Part shown: piece after piece, positions 63,370 through 64,000 of the stretch
How positions within the stretch are numbered: the first letter of the stretch is position 1
Layout of the letters: the number at the start of each line of letters is the position of its first letter
Source: Podarcis cretensis
Taxonomy: Eukaryota
Length of the DNA stretch: 64,000 nt
Reading direction: 5' to 3'
Assembly: GCA_951804945.1 (NCBI GenBank)
Contig: OX638153.1
Span: forward strand, 57,412,001 to 57,476,000
Program-made: the position numbers and the translations under genes
Notes under the pieces: generated by a model
The model's input: the letters and a program-made list of their open reading frames with translations, nothing else
What the model was told of the DNA's origin: nothing
Database searches by the model: none

Positions 63370-63506
63370 CTGATTGGAAGACGTATCTGGCTAAGCCTTG
63401 CATCAACTCTGCTGGCCATGTCGGTGGTGCAGATTCCCCGGTTTCACGCTTAAGTCGAAATGTCAGTTCAAATCCAAAACCACTTGGTCCGTCTGATCCA
63501 GTAAAC
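63370..63506 (-). CDS. SUFU: SUFU coding exon 3 (137 nt): (E)FTGSDGPSGFGFELTFRLKRETGESAPPTWPAELMQGLARYVFQS
   Basis: Translation matches vertebrate SUFU N-terminal domain. Acceptor ccAG at 63507-63508, donor GTACT at 63369. Length equals human exon 3 as recalled. Confidence 0.98.
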
Positions 63507-64000
63507 CTGGATGAAGTTAATGACAAAAGGTTTCACAACAATAAAGCATCATAAGCAGATGAAATTATGATGCCACTACGTCATTCATTCCTGGTGCAAG
63601 GGAAAATATTAGAAAGAACCCCCAAATATGTCTCAGAAAATGACATCAAAATCTGTTCAGGACCAAGAGTTAATTATCTCAGATCCTACCAAGATCTAAG
63701 AGCTGTAATGCCTTCCCCAACTTTAGCATCTTATTTATTTTTTAAAAATATTACCATGAAAATCAAGTCAAGGAATGGAATTGTATGGATGGATCATCTA
63801 CTTTTCTCCCACACACGTTTGTATTTCCTATTCTGTTTATATTTACCAAACATGTTTGCCCTGCATTCCAGGCTTTGCCAACTACCATGATACAGAAAAT
63901 AAACTGGGACACTCTACAAGTATACATCTATTATTATTTCTATTAATTAACCTATACAAAAGATACAATTTAAAGGGAGCATTTAGAACTGGCTGGTTAT

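Overview
This is eukaryotic genomic DNA from a squamate reptile, most likely a lacertid lizard (inferred from the SINE families). The window holds the 3' part of SUFU (Suppressor of fused, Hedgehog pathway) on the minus strand. Ten coding exons (exons 3-12 by human numbering, 1138 nt including the TAA stop) have canonical GT-AG sites and a continuous frame. Exons 1-2 lie beyond the right edge. A probable long 3' UTR runs left from 12916, possibly to about 6255. The introns carry four Sauria SINEs, tRNA-derived SINEs with a CR1-type tail, two classes of TA-flanked Tc1/mariner-type MITEs, and decayed L1, L2, CR1 and Penelope fragments. Almost all ORFs in the supplied track are spurious. I found no convincing new multi-gene system. 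The most unusual signal is a pair of non-autonomous transposons (35723-36450, 46530-47374) whose interiors are strings of GC-rich palindromic modules, with compensatory changes between copies. Other leads are a decayed Penelope hammerhead ribozyme, inverted repeat pairs bracketing exons, a GLI-motif cluster in intron 8, and two candidate unannotated exons downstream of SUFU. Repeat family names and human comparisons are from recall, not database searches.
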